Positions 1 through 9,647 of a DNA stretch of 64,000 bases are shown one piece after another. A model generated the notes under the pieces. The model ran no database searches, had not been told where the DNA came from, and saw only the letters and a program-made list of their open reading frames with translations. The position numbers and the translations under genes were made by a program. Source of the stretch: Hyphomicrobiales bacterium (GTDB lineage Bacteria; Pseudomonadota; Alphaproteobacteria; Rhizobiales; UBA4765). Every line of letters begins with the position of its first letter. Position 1 is the first letter of the stretch. The stretch covers positions 1,759,485 through 1,823,484 of the forward strand of contig OZ252015.1 in assembly GCA_965247525.1 (NCBI GenBank). Reading direction: 5' to 3'.

Positions 1-1267
1 TTGACGTCACCTGCTGGCTTGGAACCATGCCGCCGGGCAGGGCATCGCTGCGGCTGCTTGCTGCATTGTAGCGGCCGAACATGTTGGCACTTTCCTGCGG
101 CATTGTCGGCGCATTGGTGCTGGCAATGTGGGCGTTGGTTGCTTCTGTCAGTGACTTGTCTTCGCCGATAAAGGCGCTGCCAAGGGTCGAGATTTCAGAT
201 GCGATATCGTTGATGCGTTCACGAAGAAGCGCGTTGTCCGAGCGTTCTTTTTCCCAGTTTTCATGCGCGCCTGTTTCGAGGTGCTTCAGGTCTTTTGAAA
301 GACGCTCGCGTTCGACGCGGGCAGCGTTCAGCTGGCCTTCCAGCGAGGCGCGTTCCGATTTCGTGCGCTCAACTTCTGTCAGAAGATTGTTGAGGCGAAG
401 CTCGGCATCCGCGGTGCGGCGTGACAATTCATCGTCAATTTTGTTGCGTTCCGACAGAAGCGTCTGCGCTTTGGTCGACATGCGTTCTGTTTCGGTCAGC
501 TGTGCACCGAGTTTCGCTGAGAGTTCCGAAATCCGTGCTTCAAGCTTGCCGATTTCCTGTGCCTGGCTCTGAACCGTGGCTTCAAGGGCTTCAAGCTTGG
601 TGTTCATGCTTTTGCCGACGGCGCGCTCATCTGCAAGCTCACGCTCAGTTTTGGCCAGTGCTTCATGTTTTGCAGCATGGTCAGCTTCAAGCGCTGTGCG
701 CTGTTTTTGAATGTGTTCAAGATCATACTGAAACTGTGTGATCTGTGTGCCCAATGCTGAAAGCTCAACGCGGCGCTGGTCAGCAAGCGACTGCGAGCTT
801 GCCAGCGACTTGTCGCGCTCAGCCAGACTGTTTTGTGCATTGGTCAGCTTGCCTTCAGTCTCGCGATAGCTGCGGACCATTTCGCCAAGTTCGCTTTCCG
901 ATTTCAAAAGTTCAAAGCGCTGGTTCTGTTCACGCTGTTCCAGATCGCGGATCACACCGGACTTGGTTTTGACTTCAAGAAGAAGGACGCGGATCTGCTC
1001 GTTCTTTTTTGCAATCTCAGTGACCTGACTTTGCATCTTCTGCTTCAGCTCATCGACCGAGAGCTCAAGCTTGCGGGTCGACATGGCGAAATCGGCGCGA
1101 AGCTGGTCGCGGTCCGCCTTGATTTCAGAAAGCGAGATTGGCATCGATGCCTGCACACGTTTTGTGGTCAACCGCACGGCGCGGCGCCAAACGGCATTGG
1201 CAACGAAGATTGTGGCAAGGCAGGCGGAGAAAAAGCCAAGGCCGAAGAACATTAAAAAGTCGATCAT
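1..1267 (-). CDS. membrane-anchored long coiled-coil protein, N-terminal 422 codons only (C-terminus lies beyond the window edge)
   Basis: It is absent from the ORF track because it runs off the window. Manual minus-strand translation from the ATG at 1267 (GGAAG 6 nt upstream) gives MIDFLMFFGLGFFSACLATIFVANAVWRR, a TM anchor. This is followed by uninterrupted E/K/L/Q/R coiled-coil-type sequence (..ELKQKMQSQVTEIAKKNEQIRVLLLEVK..). I checked every TCA/TTA/CTA on the + strand from 2 to 1267 and none is in this frame. The + strand ORFs 81-1255 are R/S-rich antisense shadows. Confidence 0.6.
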   Translation of the reverse strand, partial: MIDFLMFFGLGFFSACLATIFVANAVWRRAVRLTTKRVQASMPISLSEIKADRDQLRADFAMSTRKLELSVDELKQKMQSQVTEIAKKNEQIRVLLLEVKTKSGVIRDLEQREQNQRFELLKSESELGEMVRSYRETEGKLTNAQNSLAERDKSLASSQSLADQRRVELSALGTQITQFQYDLEHIQKQRTALEADHAAKHEALAKTERELADERAVGKSMNTKLEALEATVQSQAQEIGKLEARISELSAKLGAQLTETERMSTKAQTLLSERNKIDDELSRRTADAELRLNNLLTEVERTKSERASLEGQLNAARVERERLSKDLKHLETGAHENWEKERSDNALLRERINDIASEISTLGSAFIGEDKSLTEATNAHIASTNAPTMPQESANMFGRYNAASSRSDALPGGMVPSQQVTS

Positions 1268-1446
1268 TTTTCGCTTCCGGTTAAAGTATCACATTACGCA
1301 TGCCAAAAAGCCGCATGCTTTCATAGCCACCAGTTTACGCTTTTTTAACCGAGAGGCAAAGCGCAGGTTAATTTAAGGTAAACGCGAGCAAAACTCGTTA
1401 AAATGCAACCGAATTTGACGCGAAAACCGTATTGGGATTTAAAAGA

Positions 1447-2031
1447 TCAGAACGGGTTCCATGTCGCCGTATCTGTAAATTTGAGATAGCCGATATTCGC
1501 GCCAAGGCGGGCGCCGACGCCTGAGCGCATGGGCACAACCGTTATGCGGTCATAACCAAGCGCGGTCAGGCCAATACCGCCGATGAAGTAAGCCGAACCT
1601 GAAATGCCGACAAAACGGTGCAGCATTTCGCGCGGGTCATTCATCTGGTAGACCAGCATCATCACGCGGTCGCCATCGCCGCCAAAATCAAAGCCCACTG
1701 ACGGCCCCTGCCAGTAAATTTTAAGCCGCGGGCCGTTTTTCTGGTACAGATAGCCCTCGCCATAGCGAAGCCCGCCGATAAAAGCGCCTGAGCCTTCTTC
1801 ACCCTGGATATACCCCGTTGGCTGTCCCCAGTGCTGGGCGGAATATTGAACGGCCTGTCCAAGTCCCGATGAAATACCGCCAAAAAACCTATGTCCCGCA
1901 TCAAGCACTTCGTTATTCGTGAACTGCTGGGGCTGCTGGGGCATCTGCGCCTGCGCACCAGCCTGTGTGTTGGCGAGGCTCAAAAATGTGGTGAGAATGG
2001 AGGCGAGAAGAAAGAGCTTTTTCATGGCCAC
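1447..2031 (-). CDS. periplasmic DUF1134/EipA-like protein
   Basis: It has a signal peptide (MKKLFLLASILTTFLSLANTQAGA). The rest is Gly/aromatic-rich sequence (GYIQGEEGSGAFIGGLRYGEGYLY, GPSVGFDFGGDG) that I recognise as the alphaproteobacterial DUF1134 envelope-protein family. Confidence 0.55.
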   Translation of the reverse strand: MAMKKLFLLASILTTFLSLANTQAGAQAQMPQQPQQFTNNEVLDAGHRFFGGISSGLGQAVQYSAQHWGQPTGYIQGEEGSGAFIGGLRYGEGYLYQKNGPRLKIYWQGPSVGFDFGGDGDRVMMLVYQMNDPREMLHRFVGISGSAYFIGGIGLTALGYDRITVVPMRSGVGARLGANIGYLKFTDTATWNPF

Positions 2032-2133
2032 GGCCTTTCATTGGGAGACGCTTAAGCTGGCATTAGCATGCCACTGGTTAAATGACACTGAAACGGAGAC
2101 ATTTATTCGCTTCGCATTTTTCAAAAGGTTGTC

Positions 2134-2589
2134 ATGCGTTTTGCCATCATTGCTGCGATTTCGGGCTTAATTTGGGCATCTGCGCCTGTGACTGCGCAAG
2201 AGCATGTGAATGTCATCGTCGACAATTACACAGGTTACGCGATCAATGGCTTTGATCCTGTCAGCTATTTTACATCCGACAAGCCTGTTCAGGGTCTCGA
2301 TGAATATGAGCAGCGCTGGGGCGGCGTCAGCTGGCGTTTTGTCAATGAAGGAAACAGGCAGGCCTTTCTGGTCTCGCCGCAAATCTATATGCCGCAATTT
2401 GGCGGTTATGATCCGATTTCGCTGAGCCGCGGAACGCTGACTGAAGGCGATCCTACGCTCTTTCTTGTCTACCATGACAGGGTCTATTTCTTTTTCTCGG
2501 TCTATACGCGCGAAGATTTCCTGCATCGCCCGTCGCGTACCTTGCGCAGTGCCGAGCAGGGATGGCGGCGGTTTGGAGATGGTCGTTAA
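2134..2589 (+). CDS. secreted YHS-domain-like protein
   Basis: It has a signal peptide (MRFAIIAAISGLIWASAPVTAQE). The pattern AINGFDPVSYF..W.F.NEGNRQAF...P..YMPQFGGYDP is typical of YHS-type periplasmic proteins. Confidence 0.5.
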   Translation: MRFAIIAAISGLIWASAPVTAQEHVNVIVDNYTGYAINGFDPVSYFTSDKPVQGLDEYEQRWGGVSWRFVNEGNRQAFLVSPQIYMPQFGGYDPISLSRGTLTEGDPTLFLVYHDRVYFFFSVYTREDFLHRPSRTLRSAEQGWRRFGDGR

Positions 2590-2683
2590 GACTTTTGTTC
2601 TATGAGAAGTGGTGCGGCACGGGTTGTGCTGCCCGAACGGCTCATTTATTGTTTTTAAAACTAGGAAACGCGGAAGGTCCCTT

Positions 2684-3358
2684 ATGCTTGAAGCCCATTC
2701 TCTCGATACGCCAGTAGAACTGAAAAAACAGGACCTTGATCGCCTTGATCTTGCAGCACTGATTACAAGCCGTGTCTGCCATGATGTGATCTCGCCTGTG
2801 GGCGCCATCAATAACGGGCTTGAAGTTCTTGAGGACGAGACCGACGAGGAAATGCGCAAGATCGCGATGGATCTCGTTAAAAAATCGGCGCGTCAGGCGT
2901 CGGCCAAATTACAGTTCTGCCGTCTTGCTTTTGGTGCGGCCGGATCGGCGGGCGCCGAGATTGACACTGGCGATGCTGAAAGCGTTGCACGCGGTTTTAT
3001 TGAAGGCGAAAAGGTGACGATGACATGGAGCGGGCCTCGCCTGCTTTTGCCAAAAAACCGGGTGAAGCTCATTCTGAATTTGCTGATGATCGCTGCAAAT
3101 GCCATTCCGCGTGGCGGCCGCATCGGCTTTACGCTGGCCTCTGATGCACAGGAAACAAGTTTTAAAATTGAATCACAGGGCATCAATGCGAAAATCCAGC
3201 CAAGCGTGCTGGAACTGCTGAAAGGCAACAGTGGCGGCTCGATCGATTCCCACAGCATCCAGCCTTATTACACCGGATTGATTGCGGACGCTTCAGACAT
3301 GGATATTTCCGCGACAACCGAAGGTGATATCGTGACCATCACTGCAAAAACACGCTGA
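2684..3358 (+). CDS. chpT: histidine phosphotransferase ChpT (CckA to CtrA/CpdR relay)
   Basis: The phospho-His helix LAALITSRVCHDVISPVGAINNGLEVLEDE is followed by a degenerate HATPase-like C-domain, at the size of ChpT (224 aa). I moved the start to the ATG at 2684 (GGAAGG 7 nt upstream). The ORF-track start at 2609 adds an implausible leader. Confidence 0.75.
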   Translation: MLEAHSLDTPVELKKQDLDRLDLAALITSRVCHDVISPVGAINNGLEVLEDETDEEMRKIAMDLVKKSARQASAKLQFCRLAFGAAGSAGAEIDTGDAESVARGFIEGEKVTMTWSGPRLLLPKNRVKLILNLLMIAANAIPRGGRIGFTLASDAQETSFKIESQGINAKIQPSVLELLKGNSGGSIDSHSIQPYYTGLIADASDMDISATTEGDIVTITAKTR

Positions 3359-3481
3359 GTGACAGCGGTTTTTTCGGTTTCCTTAACCCTCATCGGTTAA
3401 AATTTCAGCCATTCGGCCAAGGGCAGGGCGCCCGGATGGTTTGCCCTGTCGCGAACTGTCACGACATCCAATGGTTGCTAG

Positions 3482-5191
3482 ATGGACGCACTTTTATCTG
3501 TGTTTCTCGATGAAACGCGAGAGAGCCTCGACACAGTCGAGGCCGAACTGATCAAGTTAGAGCAAAGCAATGGTTCGGCGCATATTCTCAATCATATTAT
3601 GCGCGTGCTTCACACCATCAAAGGCACTTGCGGTTTTCTCAATCTGCCGCGCCTGCAAACGCTTATCCATGCCGCGGAACTTGCCCTTATTGACACCGAT
3701 GGCGAGCAGTTTGCCACACCGCAAACGATCAACCTGTTTTTAAAAACAATCGACAGGCTGAAAGAGATAACCGCCGCGCTGGAAAAAGAAGGCGGTGAAC
3801 CTGCCGGCGATGATGACGGCCTTTTGTCGCAGTTGCAGGCGCTGGCAGATATAAAACATGAATTGACACCGCGCACTGCAAAAGCGGACAGGCCAATAGA
3901 GCCGTCACACACGCAAAGTGCGGGAGCGCGCTCGACCCAGCCTTTGCTGGATGCCTGTTCAGCGCTCATTATGCTGCGCCATCAGCTGGCAGCAACGGCA
4001 GCGCGCCTCAACGATCCTGAGCTTTCCGACCAGCTGCATTTGCTCACAGACATCGCCGATGATCTGCAGGCCGATATTCGCGCGCGCTTTAAAACAAAAT
4101 TGGCGCAGGCGTGGTCGCACCTGCCGCGTATCGTGCGTGATATTGCCCATCAGCAAAATAAAACGATCGCATTCGATATCACTGGCGCTGAACTTGAAGT
4201 TGACCGCGATCTTGCTCATGCGCTGAAAGGCGCGATGACACAGCTGCTGCGTAATGCGGCTGTTCATGGGCTGGAAGCAAAAGACAACCGCATTGCACGT
4301 GGCAAAAATGAAAATGGCCGGATTAAAGTCAGCATTGCACAGCGCAGGCAGGAATTGATTGTCCGCATTGCTGATGATGGCCGCGGGCTTCAACTGCCCA
4401 CGATCAAGGCCAAAGCCATACTTCACCGCGTGATCGACCAGAACATGGCGCAGGCGCTGTCTGAAAATGAAACACAGCAGCTTGTTTTTGCAGCCGGTGT
4501 CACGACCACGCCGCGCCCTGAATCTTTGAGCGGTTTTGGCATCGGGCTCGATGTTGTACGCCGCGATGTTGAAGCCTTGAACGGGATTGTCAGCGTTACA
4601 TCGAAACAGGGCAGAGGCACTATTTTTACACTGCGCGTGCCACTCAGTAATAGCGCGCCGCGCAATTCCACGCCGCAGTTTTTAAAAGCAGCCTTGTCGT
4701 CCAAAGACGAGGCTTTAAGTTACATTCTGTTCAAGGCCGGAGAGCATCCGCCCCGCGCTGTTCCTTTTCAATTGGTGACGCAGGTGGCGGTCGCTGGCGC
4801 GGCTTTGTTTCAGGACAATGACCACATTCAGCTGGCCTATGATGGCAAAATTATTCCGGCAATTGATGCAGACCCGGCGCGCGCGGTGTCCGCCAGCCTG
4901 CAGGCCACAAATGCCCTTGTCTTCACGGAGAAGGGCCAGATGTTTGCGGTTCTGGTCGATGCCATTGTCGATGTGATTAAAACAACTTCGGCTGTAACGC
5001 CTGTGACAACAAACAATGGTATTATCGGGCAGTGCCAGATCGGCGCGGAGCTGGTTGAGGTCGTCGATGTTACCTGTTATTTAGAGCGTGCATTTGGTGC
5101 GACAACATCAGCCGAACTCAAGCACACGAAAAAACCTTTACGGCGCAATTATCCTCTCGCATGGTCATCAACGGGGCGCACCTATGTCTGA
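3482..5191 (+). CDS. CheA-like histidine kinase (Hpt, HATPase and CheW-like domains)
   Basis: The N-terminal Hpt motif is VLHTIKGTCGFLNLPRL. The ATPase N/G boxes are LLRNAAVHGLE, IADDGRGL and GFGIGLDVV. The C-terminal CheW-like region is YILFKAGEHPPRAVPFQLV. No cheW, cheR or cheB gene lies nearby. Confidence 0.7.
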   Translation: MDALLSVFLDETRESLDTVEAELIKLEQSNGSAHILNHIMRVLHTIKGTCGFLNLPRLQTLIHAAELALIDTDGEQFATPQTINLFLKTIDRLKEITAALEKEGGEPAGDDDGLLSQLQALADIKHELTPRTAKADRPIEPSHTQSAGARSTQPLLDACSALIMLRHQLAATAARLNDPELSDQLHLLTDIADDLQADIRARFKTKLAQAWSHLPRIVRDIAHQQNKTIAFDITGAELEVDRDLAHALKGAMTQLLRNAAVHGLEAKDNRIARGKNENGRIKVSIAQRRQELIVRIADDGRGLQLPTIKAKAILHRVIDQNMAQALSENETQQLVFAAGVTTTPRPESLSGFGIGLDVVRRDVEALNGIVSVTSKQGRGTIFTLRVPLSNSAPRNSTPQFLKAALSSKDEALSYILFKAGEHPPRAVPFQLVTQVAVAGAALFQDNDHIQLAYDGKIIPAIDADPARAVSASLQATNALVFTEKGQMFAVLVDAIVDVIKTTSAVTPVTTNNGIIGQCQIGAELVEVVDVTCYLERAFGATTSAELKHTKKPLRRNYPLAWSSTGRTYV

Positions 5192-5624
5192 CGCACAACC
5201 AGTTTTAAGAACATGCCTTGTCGCCGATGATTCAAGCGTCATCCGCAAGGTCGCGCGGCGTATTCTGGAAGACCTGAACTTTCATGTCGTTGAAGCGGCC
5301 GATGGCGAAGAGGCTTTAAAATATTGCATTGATAAAATGCCTGAAGCCATTCTTCTCGACTGGAACATGCCAGTAATGGACGGCTACGAATTTCTAATGC
5401 GGCTACGCAAAGAAACAGGCGGCGACAGGCCGCGCGTGGTCTTTTGCGCAACTGAAAACGATGTCTCGCACATCGCCAAAGCGATGCAGGCCGGCGCCAA
5501 CGAATATATGATGAAGCCGTTTGACCGCTTCATCCTGCGCGATAAATTCAAAGATGCCGGTCTTGTTATCGATGAAACCGAGCAGCCGCACCCCCCTCTA
5601 AAGCCTGAAAATGCTGCAATTTAA
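5184..5624 (+). CDS. single-domain CheY-like response regulator
   Basis: Receiver motifs are present: LVADDS, LLDWNMPVMDG, KPF. The ATG at 5184 overlaps the cheA-like stop (ATGTCTGA), which suggests translational coupling. The ORF-track start at 5088 lies inside the upstream gene. Confidence 0.75.
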   Translation: MSDAQPVLRTCLVADDSSVIRKVARRILEDLNFHVVEAADGEEALKYCIDKMPEAILLDWNMPVMDGYEFLMRLRKETGGDRPRVVFCATENDVSHIAKAMQAGANEYMMKPFDRFILRDKFKDAGLVIDETEQPHPPLKPENAAI

Positions 5625-5722
5625 ATCAAATTTGAAATAACAGACGAACGACATCCTGCTTGCCCTTTTAAGCGCGTTCTGGTATCCCCCAGCTATAATT
5701 TATTCATTTAAGGGATATCAGC

Positions 5723-6283
5723 ATGACCAGAATTCAAGCCACATCACCCCTACAATCCCGTATCGGCGCGACAGATTTTTTGTCTGCCGTTAAAGCCGAC
5801 ACCCCCAAAACGCAAGCCGCACAAAAAGCCTTTTTCAACGCTTTGCTTGCCTCAGCCATTCCCGCAGCCGACCTTGCCAAATACAGGGCCGCGATTGCGA
5901 AGCTGAACGCAACCAAAGCGGGCCAGGAACCAGAAGGCGGCTATGGCGCGCTTTCAAAAACGATCAATGATTATGTCATTCTTAGAAACAAATGTATTGC
6001 GGCTTTAAAACCATTCACAAATGAAACCCGCACAAGCCCGGATACGTTTGACGAAATTGAAGCCCTTTCAACGCAAGGCCTGAACAAGGCCTCAGGCAAA
6101 GGTGTCGATGACATTATCAATAAGTCGGGCCTGTCAAAGGCTGATTTGGCCGACGCTTTCAGCGCGCCGGTCGATTTTGATAAATTTGTTGACGCCCAGT
6201 TTCAGGCGGATCCCTCGCTCGACATTAATGTCGCCGAAAGCCTTCGTCGTAAATTTTACGATGAGATCGACCCGCGCAGCTAA
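5723..6283 (+). CDS. hypothetical protein, 186 aa
   Basis: ORF with AAGGGA 7 nt upstream of the ATG and its own terminator at 6306-6336. The N-terminus is S/T/I/Q-rich with no TM segment. I recognise no domain. Confidence 0.5.
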   Translation: MTRIQATSPLQSRIGATDFLSAVKADTPKTQAAQKAFFNALLASAIPAADLAKYRAAIAKLNATKAGQEPEGGYGALSKTINDYVILRNKCIAALKPFTNETRTSPDTFDEIEALSTQGLNKASGKGVDDIINKSGLSKADLADAFSAPVDFDKFVDAQFQADPSLDINVAESLRRKFYDEIDPRS

Positions 6284-6305
6284 GGTTATTTTTCGAAAGA
6301 GTTCC

Positions 6306-6336
6306 AAAAAGCCCTCCAATAGAGGGCTTTTTATTT
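6306..6336 (+). terminator. rho-independent terminator
   Basis: The sequence is aaaaaGCCCTCcaataGAGGGCtttttattt. Confidence 0.6.
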
Positions 6337-6623
6337 GATTTGCCTTCGTATCTGTATTTAAATTGATGTCATGACACGCGTTGTCCGCATTTTAACGACC
6401 AAAGACCAGCGTACGCAGAGCCTGCTGACGCCGGTCCAAGAGTTTGGTGATGACCCTGAGCGCCGCCGTGCGTTTCAAGAAGCTTTGGAGCTTTATATTC
6501 TTTCAATGCAGAACGACAATTAGTTGGATTGCGAATTAACTATCAATTCACCTCCAGTTTGCGTGGGCATTGGCTGTGTTGCATGATGGGTGCATATTTT
6601 TTTAATTTTAACAGAGAGAAAAC

Positions 6624-7088
6624 ATGACTGGCTCTATAAACATATTAAACGCCAATTCTATGCGATTATTGGCAACTACTGACCGCGACGAAAAAACGCA
6701 AGCCAGAACGCGGCTTTTAAACGAGACTGTCATTAAGTTGCTTGAACTGCGTTACCCCAGTTTTAAATCCGATCTTGCAAAACTCGGCGATCGCTGTGAG
6801 AAATTTAATTTTGAAACTGGAAAAATGGATGATGCCTCCGAAGCGCTTTTGAAAAAACTCAACGGGCAGCTTGAATCTTGGGCAGCCGATGTGCGCAACG
6901 CGGATGATCCAACTTTGAACATGTCGTCGAAGGATGTTGCGCAATTTCTTATTGAGCAAAAAAACGATAAAAATCTTGTAAAGCGTTTTGGCGGCGCACA
7001 AGCACTTGAGAATACGATTTCTGAAATCAAAGCTCTCAAAGAATCGAACATTACGCTGTGGTATATCGTTTTTGGTGCCTGCAACTAA
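6624..7088 (+). CDS. hypothetical protein, 154 aa, AT-rich
   Basis: ORF with GAGAG upstream of the ATG. It is visibly more AT-rich than its neighbours. The N-terminus is MTGSINILNANSMRLLATT. I recognise no domain. Confidence 0.5.
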   Translation: MTGSINILNANSMRLLATTDRDEKTQARTRLLNETVIKLLELRYPSFKSDLAKLGDRCEKFNFETGKMDDASEALLKKLNGQLESWAADVRNADDPTLNMSSKDVAQFLIEQKNDKNLVKRFGGAQALENTISEIKALKESNITLWYIVFGACN

Positions 7089-7134
7089 AAGCATTCCAAA
7101 AGCGCCTCGTCTTATCAGCTTTAGCCGATAGGTT

Positions 7135-7166
7135 TAAAAAAAGCCCCGCTTGAGCGGGGCTTTTTG
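7135..7166. terminator. bidirectional rho-independent terminator between convergent genes
   Basis: The sequence is aaaaaaaGCCCCGCttgaGCGGGGCttttt, with an A-run on one side and a T-run on the other. It sits between the 6624-7088 stop and the ctrA stop. Confidence 0.65.
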
Positions 7167-7186
7167 AGTTTCAGGAGTATCTGAAT

Positions 7187-7882
7187 TTAAGCAACGAAAC
7201 TTTCGCCTTCGACAGGCTCGCGCAGGACATAGCCGCGTCCCCAAACAGTTTCGATATAGTTGAGACCGGTTGATGCTGCGAGCTTCTTGCGAAGTTTGCA
7301 GATAAACACGTCGATGATTTTCAGCTCAGGTTCGTCCATGCCGCCATAAAGGTGGTTGAGGAACATTTCTTTTGTAAGGGTCGTGCCTTTGCGCAAAGCC
7401 AGCAGCTCGAGCATCTGGTATTCTTTGCCCGTGAGGTGGACGCGCTGGCCCGACACTTCAACCGTTTTCGTGTCGAGATTGACGGTGAGATCGCCGGTGT
7501 TGATGACCGACTGGGCATGGCCCTTCGAGCGGCGAACGATGGCGTGAATACGTGCCACCAGCTCATCTTTGTGGAAAGGCTTTGTGAGATAATCGTCAGC
7601 GCCGAAACCAAGGCCACGAACCTTGTCTTCAATGCCAGCCATGCCTGACAGGATCAGGATGGGTGTTTTGATTTTCGCAACGCGCAGTGTTTTCAAGACA
7701 TCATAGCCCGACATGTCGGGAAGGTTGAGGTCGAGAAGAATAATATCGTAATCGTAGAGCTTGCCGAGGTCGGTGCCTTCTTCGCCAAGATCAGTCGTGT
7801 ATGTGTTGAAACCTTCCGATTTAAGCATCAGTTCGATGCTCTGGGCGGTGGCGCTGTCGTCTTCGATAAGAAGAACCCGCAT
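7187..7882 (-). CDS. ctrA: cell-cycle master response regulator CtrA (OmpR family)
   Basis: [66 protein letters not shown] matches CtrA almost residue for residue over the receiver and winged-helix domains. Confidence 0.9.
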   Translation of the reverse strand: MRVLLIEDDSATAQSIELMLKSEGFNTYTTDLGEEGTDLGKLYDYDIILLDLNLPDMSGYDVLKTLRVAKIKTPILILSGMAGIEDKVRGLGFGADDYLTKPFHKDELVARIHAIVRRSKGHAQSVINTGDLTVNLDTKTVEVSGQRVHLTGKEYQMLELLALRKGTTLTKEMFLNHLYGGMDEPELKIIDVFICKLRKKLAASTGLNYIETVWGRGYVLREPVEGESFVA

Positions 7883-8268
7883 ATTGTCGTCCCTTCTGGC
7901 TCAGGCACCGGCACTAGAGCCGGGCTGCGTTCGTTAAAATTCGCTTCGAAGAGCCAAGCTCATTATCGAATCGTTATTAAACCTTACCTGTTAACCGTTA
8001 ACAAATCGTGATTCTGCGCCGCAAGCGGTAATACGCTGGTTACTACGTTCTTCAACTTAATATTGATTGCGCCTAATACTATGAGTCAAAATAGTTTAAT
8101 CGCTTGACTCAATATTTCGGGGCTAAGTGACTCTGTTGACTCAACGAATTATACTTCGACAGCCAAGTGTCTCATAAAATTAACTGGGTGACGAGAGCTT
8201 CACTTTTAATGTGATGGCTTGCTATTTTTTGCGTCCTCGTTCTCGAATCGCGTGCATCGCGTTAGGAT
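7883..8268. promoter_or_regulatory. divergent ctrA / fliI control region with clustered GANTC (CcrM) sites
   Basis: Seven GANTC sites fall in 386 nt, starting at 7968, 8010, 8083, 8106, 8129, 8138 and 8245. There are three copies of TTGA(C/G)TCAA-like palindromes, at 8082-8090, 8104-8112 and 8136-8144. Confidence 0.5.
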
Positions 8269-9615
8269 TTGAGAGTTAACGGGGGGACGGCGTTTTTGCG
8301 CTCATTGGTTCAGGACATTTCCGGCATCAAGCAGATCAACGCTTATGGCCGCGTTGCTGCAGTGCAGGGTCTGCTGTTGGAAGTTGCGGGGCCTGTGGCC
8401 AGCATGTCGGTCGGCGCCCGCCTGATTATTGAAACAACGCAAGGCGAAGAACTCCCCGCCGAAGTCGTCGGGTTTCGTGCCGATAAGGCACTGTGCATGC
8501 CGTTTGGCCGCCTGGAAGGTGTGCGCATGGGATGCAAGGCACGCCTTGCCGGCAATGACGGCGTGGTGCGCCCGTCGCATGACTGGCTGGGGCGTGTTGT
8601 CAACGCGCTCGGTGACCCGCTCGATGGCAAAGGCCCTTTGCCCTCTGGCAGCGTTCCCATGCTTTTGAAAAGCAGCCCGCCGCAAGCGCACAAGCGCGCG
8701 CGCGTTGGCGCGCCTGTCGATCTTGGCGTGCGCTCGCTGAATACCTTTCTGACATGCTGCAAAGGCCAGCGTATGGGCATTTTTGCCGGATCAGGTGTCG
8801 GTAAATCCGTTTTGATGTCGATGCTGGCGCGCAATACCGCGTCTGACATTTCAATTATCGGCCTAGTCGGGGAGCGTGGCCGCGAGGTGCAGGAGTTTAT
8901 CGAAGACGATCTGGGGGAAGACGGGTTGAGGCGGTCGATCGTTGTCGTCTCCACATCCGATGAATCCGCGCTGATGCGTCGGCAGGCGGCCTATATGACG
9001 CTCACTTTGGCTGAATATTTTCGTGATGACGGCAAAAACGTGCTGTGCATGATGGACAGCCTGACCCGTTTTGCGATGGCACAGCGTGAAATCGGCTTGT
9101 CGACAGGCGAGCCGCCCACCACAAGGGGCTATACGCCGACGGTGTTTTCCGAACTTCCGCGCCTGCTGGAGCGGGCGGGGCCGGGCGTTGAAGGCTCTGG
9201 CTCGATTACCGGGCTTTTTTCGGTGCTGGTGGAGGGCGATGATACCAATGAACCGGTGGCGGATGCGGTGCGCGGCATCCTCGACGGCCATATTGTGATG
9301 CAAAGGGCGATTGCGGAACGCGGTCGCTATCCGGCGATAAACATTTTGAAATCTATTTCACGCACAATGCCTAAATGTGTGCCGGCAGAAGTTTTGCCCC
9401 TGTTGTTAAGGGCGCGTTCACTGATGTCGACGTATTCAGATATGGAGGAATTGATCCGTCTTGGTGCGTATCGTTCGGGTTCGAACCCGGAGGTCGACGA
9501 GGCGATCGCCTACCACCCGAAATTCGAGGCCTTTCTCAGTCAGAGAAAGGAGGAGAAAACGGGAATGGACGAAGGGTATCAACTGCTGGCGGCAATCCTG
9601 GGTGGGGGCGCTTGA
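8269..9615 (+). CDS. fliI: flagellar export ATPase FliI
   Basis: Walker A is [13 protein letters not shown] and Walker B is [11 protein letters not shown], with F1-beta-like architecture. fliJ lies directly downstream. The start is uncertain: TTG at 8269, with an alternative TTG at 8296. Confidence 0.9.
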   Translation: MRVNGGTAFLRSLVQDISGIKQINAYGRVAAVQGLLLEVAGPVASMSVGARLIIETTQGEELPAEVVGFRADKALCMPFGRLEGVRMGCKARLAGNDGVVRPSHDWLGRVVNALGDPLDGKGPLPSGSVPMLLKSSPPQAHKRARVGAPVDLGVRSLNTFLTCCKGQRMGIFAGSGVGKSVLMSMLARNTASDISIIGLVGERGREVQEFIEDDLGEDGLRRSIVVVSTSDESALMRRQAAYMTLTLAEYFRDDGKNVLCMMDSLTRFAMAQREIGLSTGEPPTTRGYTPTVFSELPRLLERAGPGVEGSGSITGLFSVLVEGDDTNEPVADAVRGILDGHIVMQRAIAERGRYPAINILKSISRTMPKCVPAEVLPLLLRARSLMSTYSDMEELIRLGAYRSGSNPEVDEAIAYHPKFEAFLSQRKEEKTGMDEGYQLLAAILGGGA

Positions 9616-9647
9616 AGTGCAGCGGTTTTAGTTGGAGTAGATGAGTA

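Noticed and set aside
81-1255. Four + strand ORFs (81-572, 421-741, 745-972, 833-1255) offered by the ORF track.
   Set aside because: Their products are Arg/Ser/Cys-rich nonsense typical of the antisense of a coiled-coil gene. The minus strand carries one uninterrupted, well-behaved ORF from 1267 to the window edge.
7883-8268. CtrA boxes (TTAA-N7-TTAA) in the ctrA/fliI region, and the same in the fliF (19289-19469) and sciP (20560-20658) upstream regions.
   Set aside because: I found many TTAA half-sites and one TTAA-N6-TTAA at 19446-19459. No exact N7-spaced full site turned up by eye.
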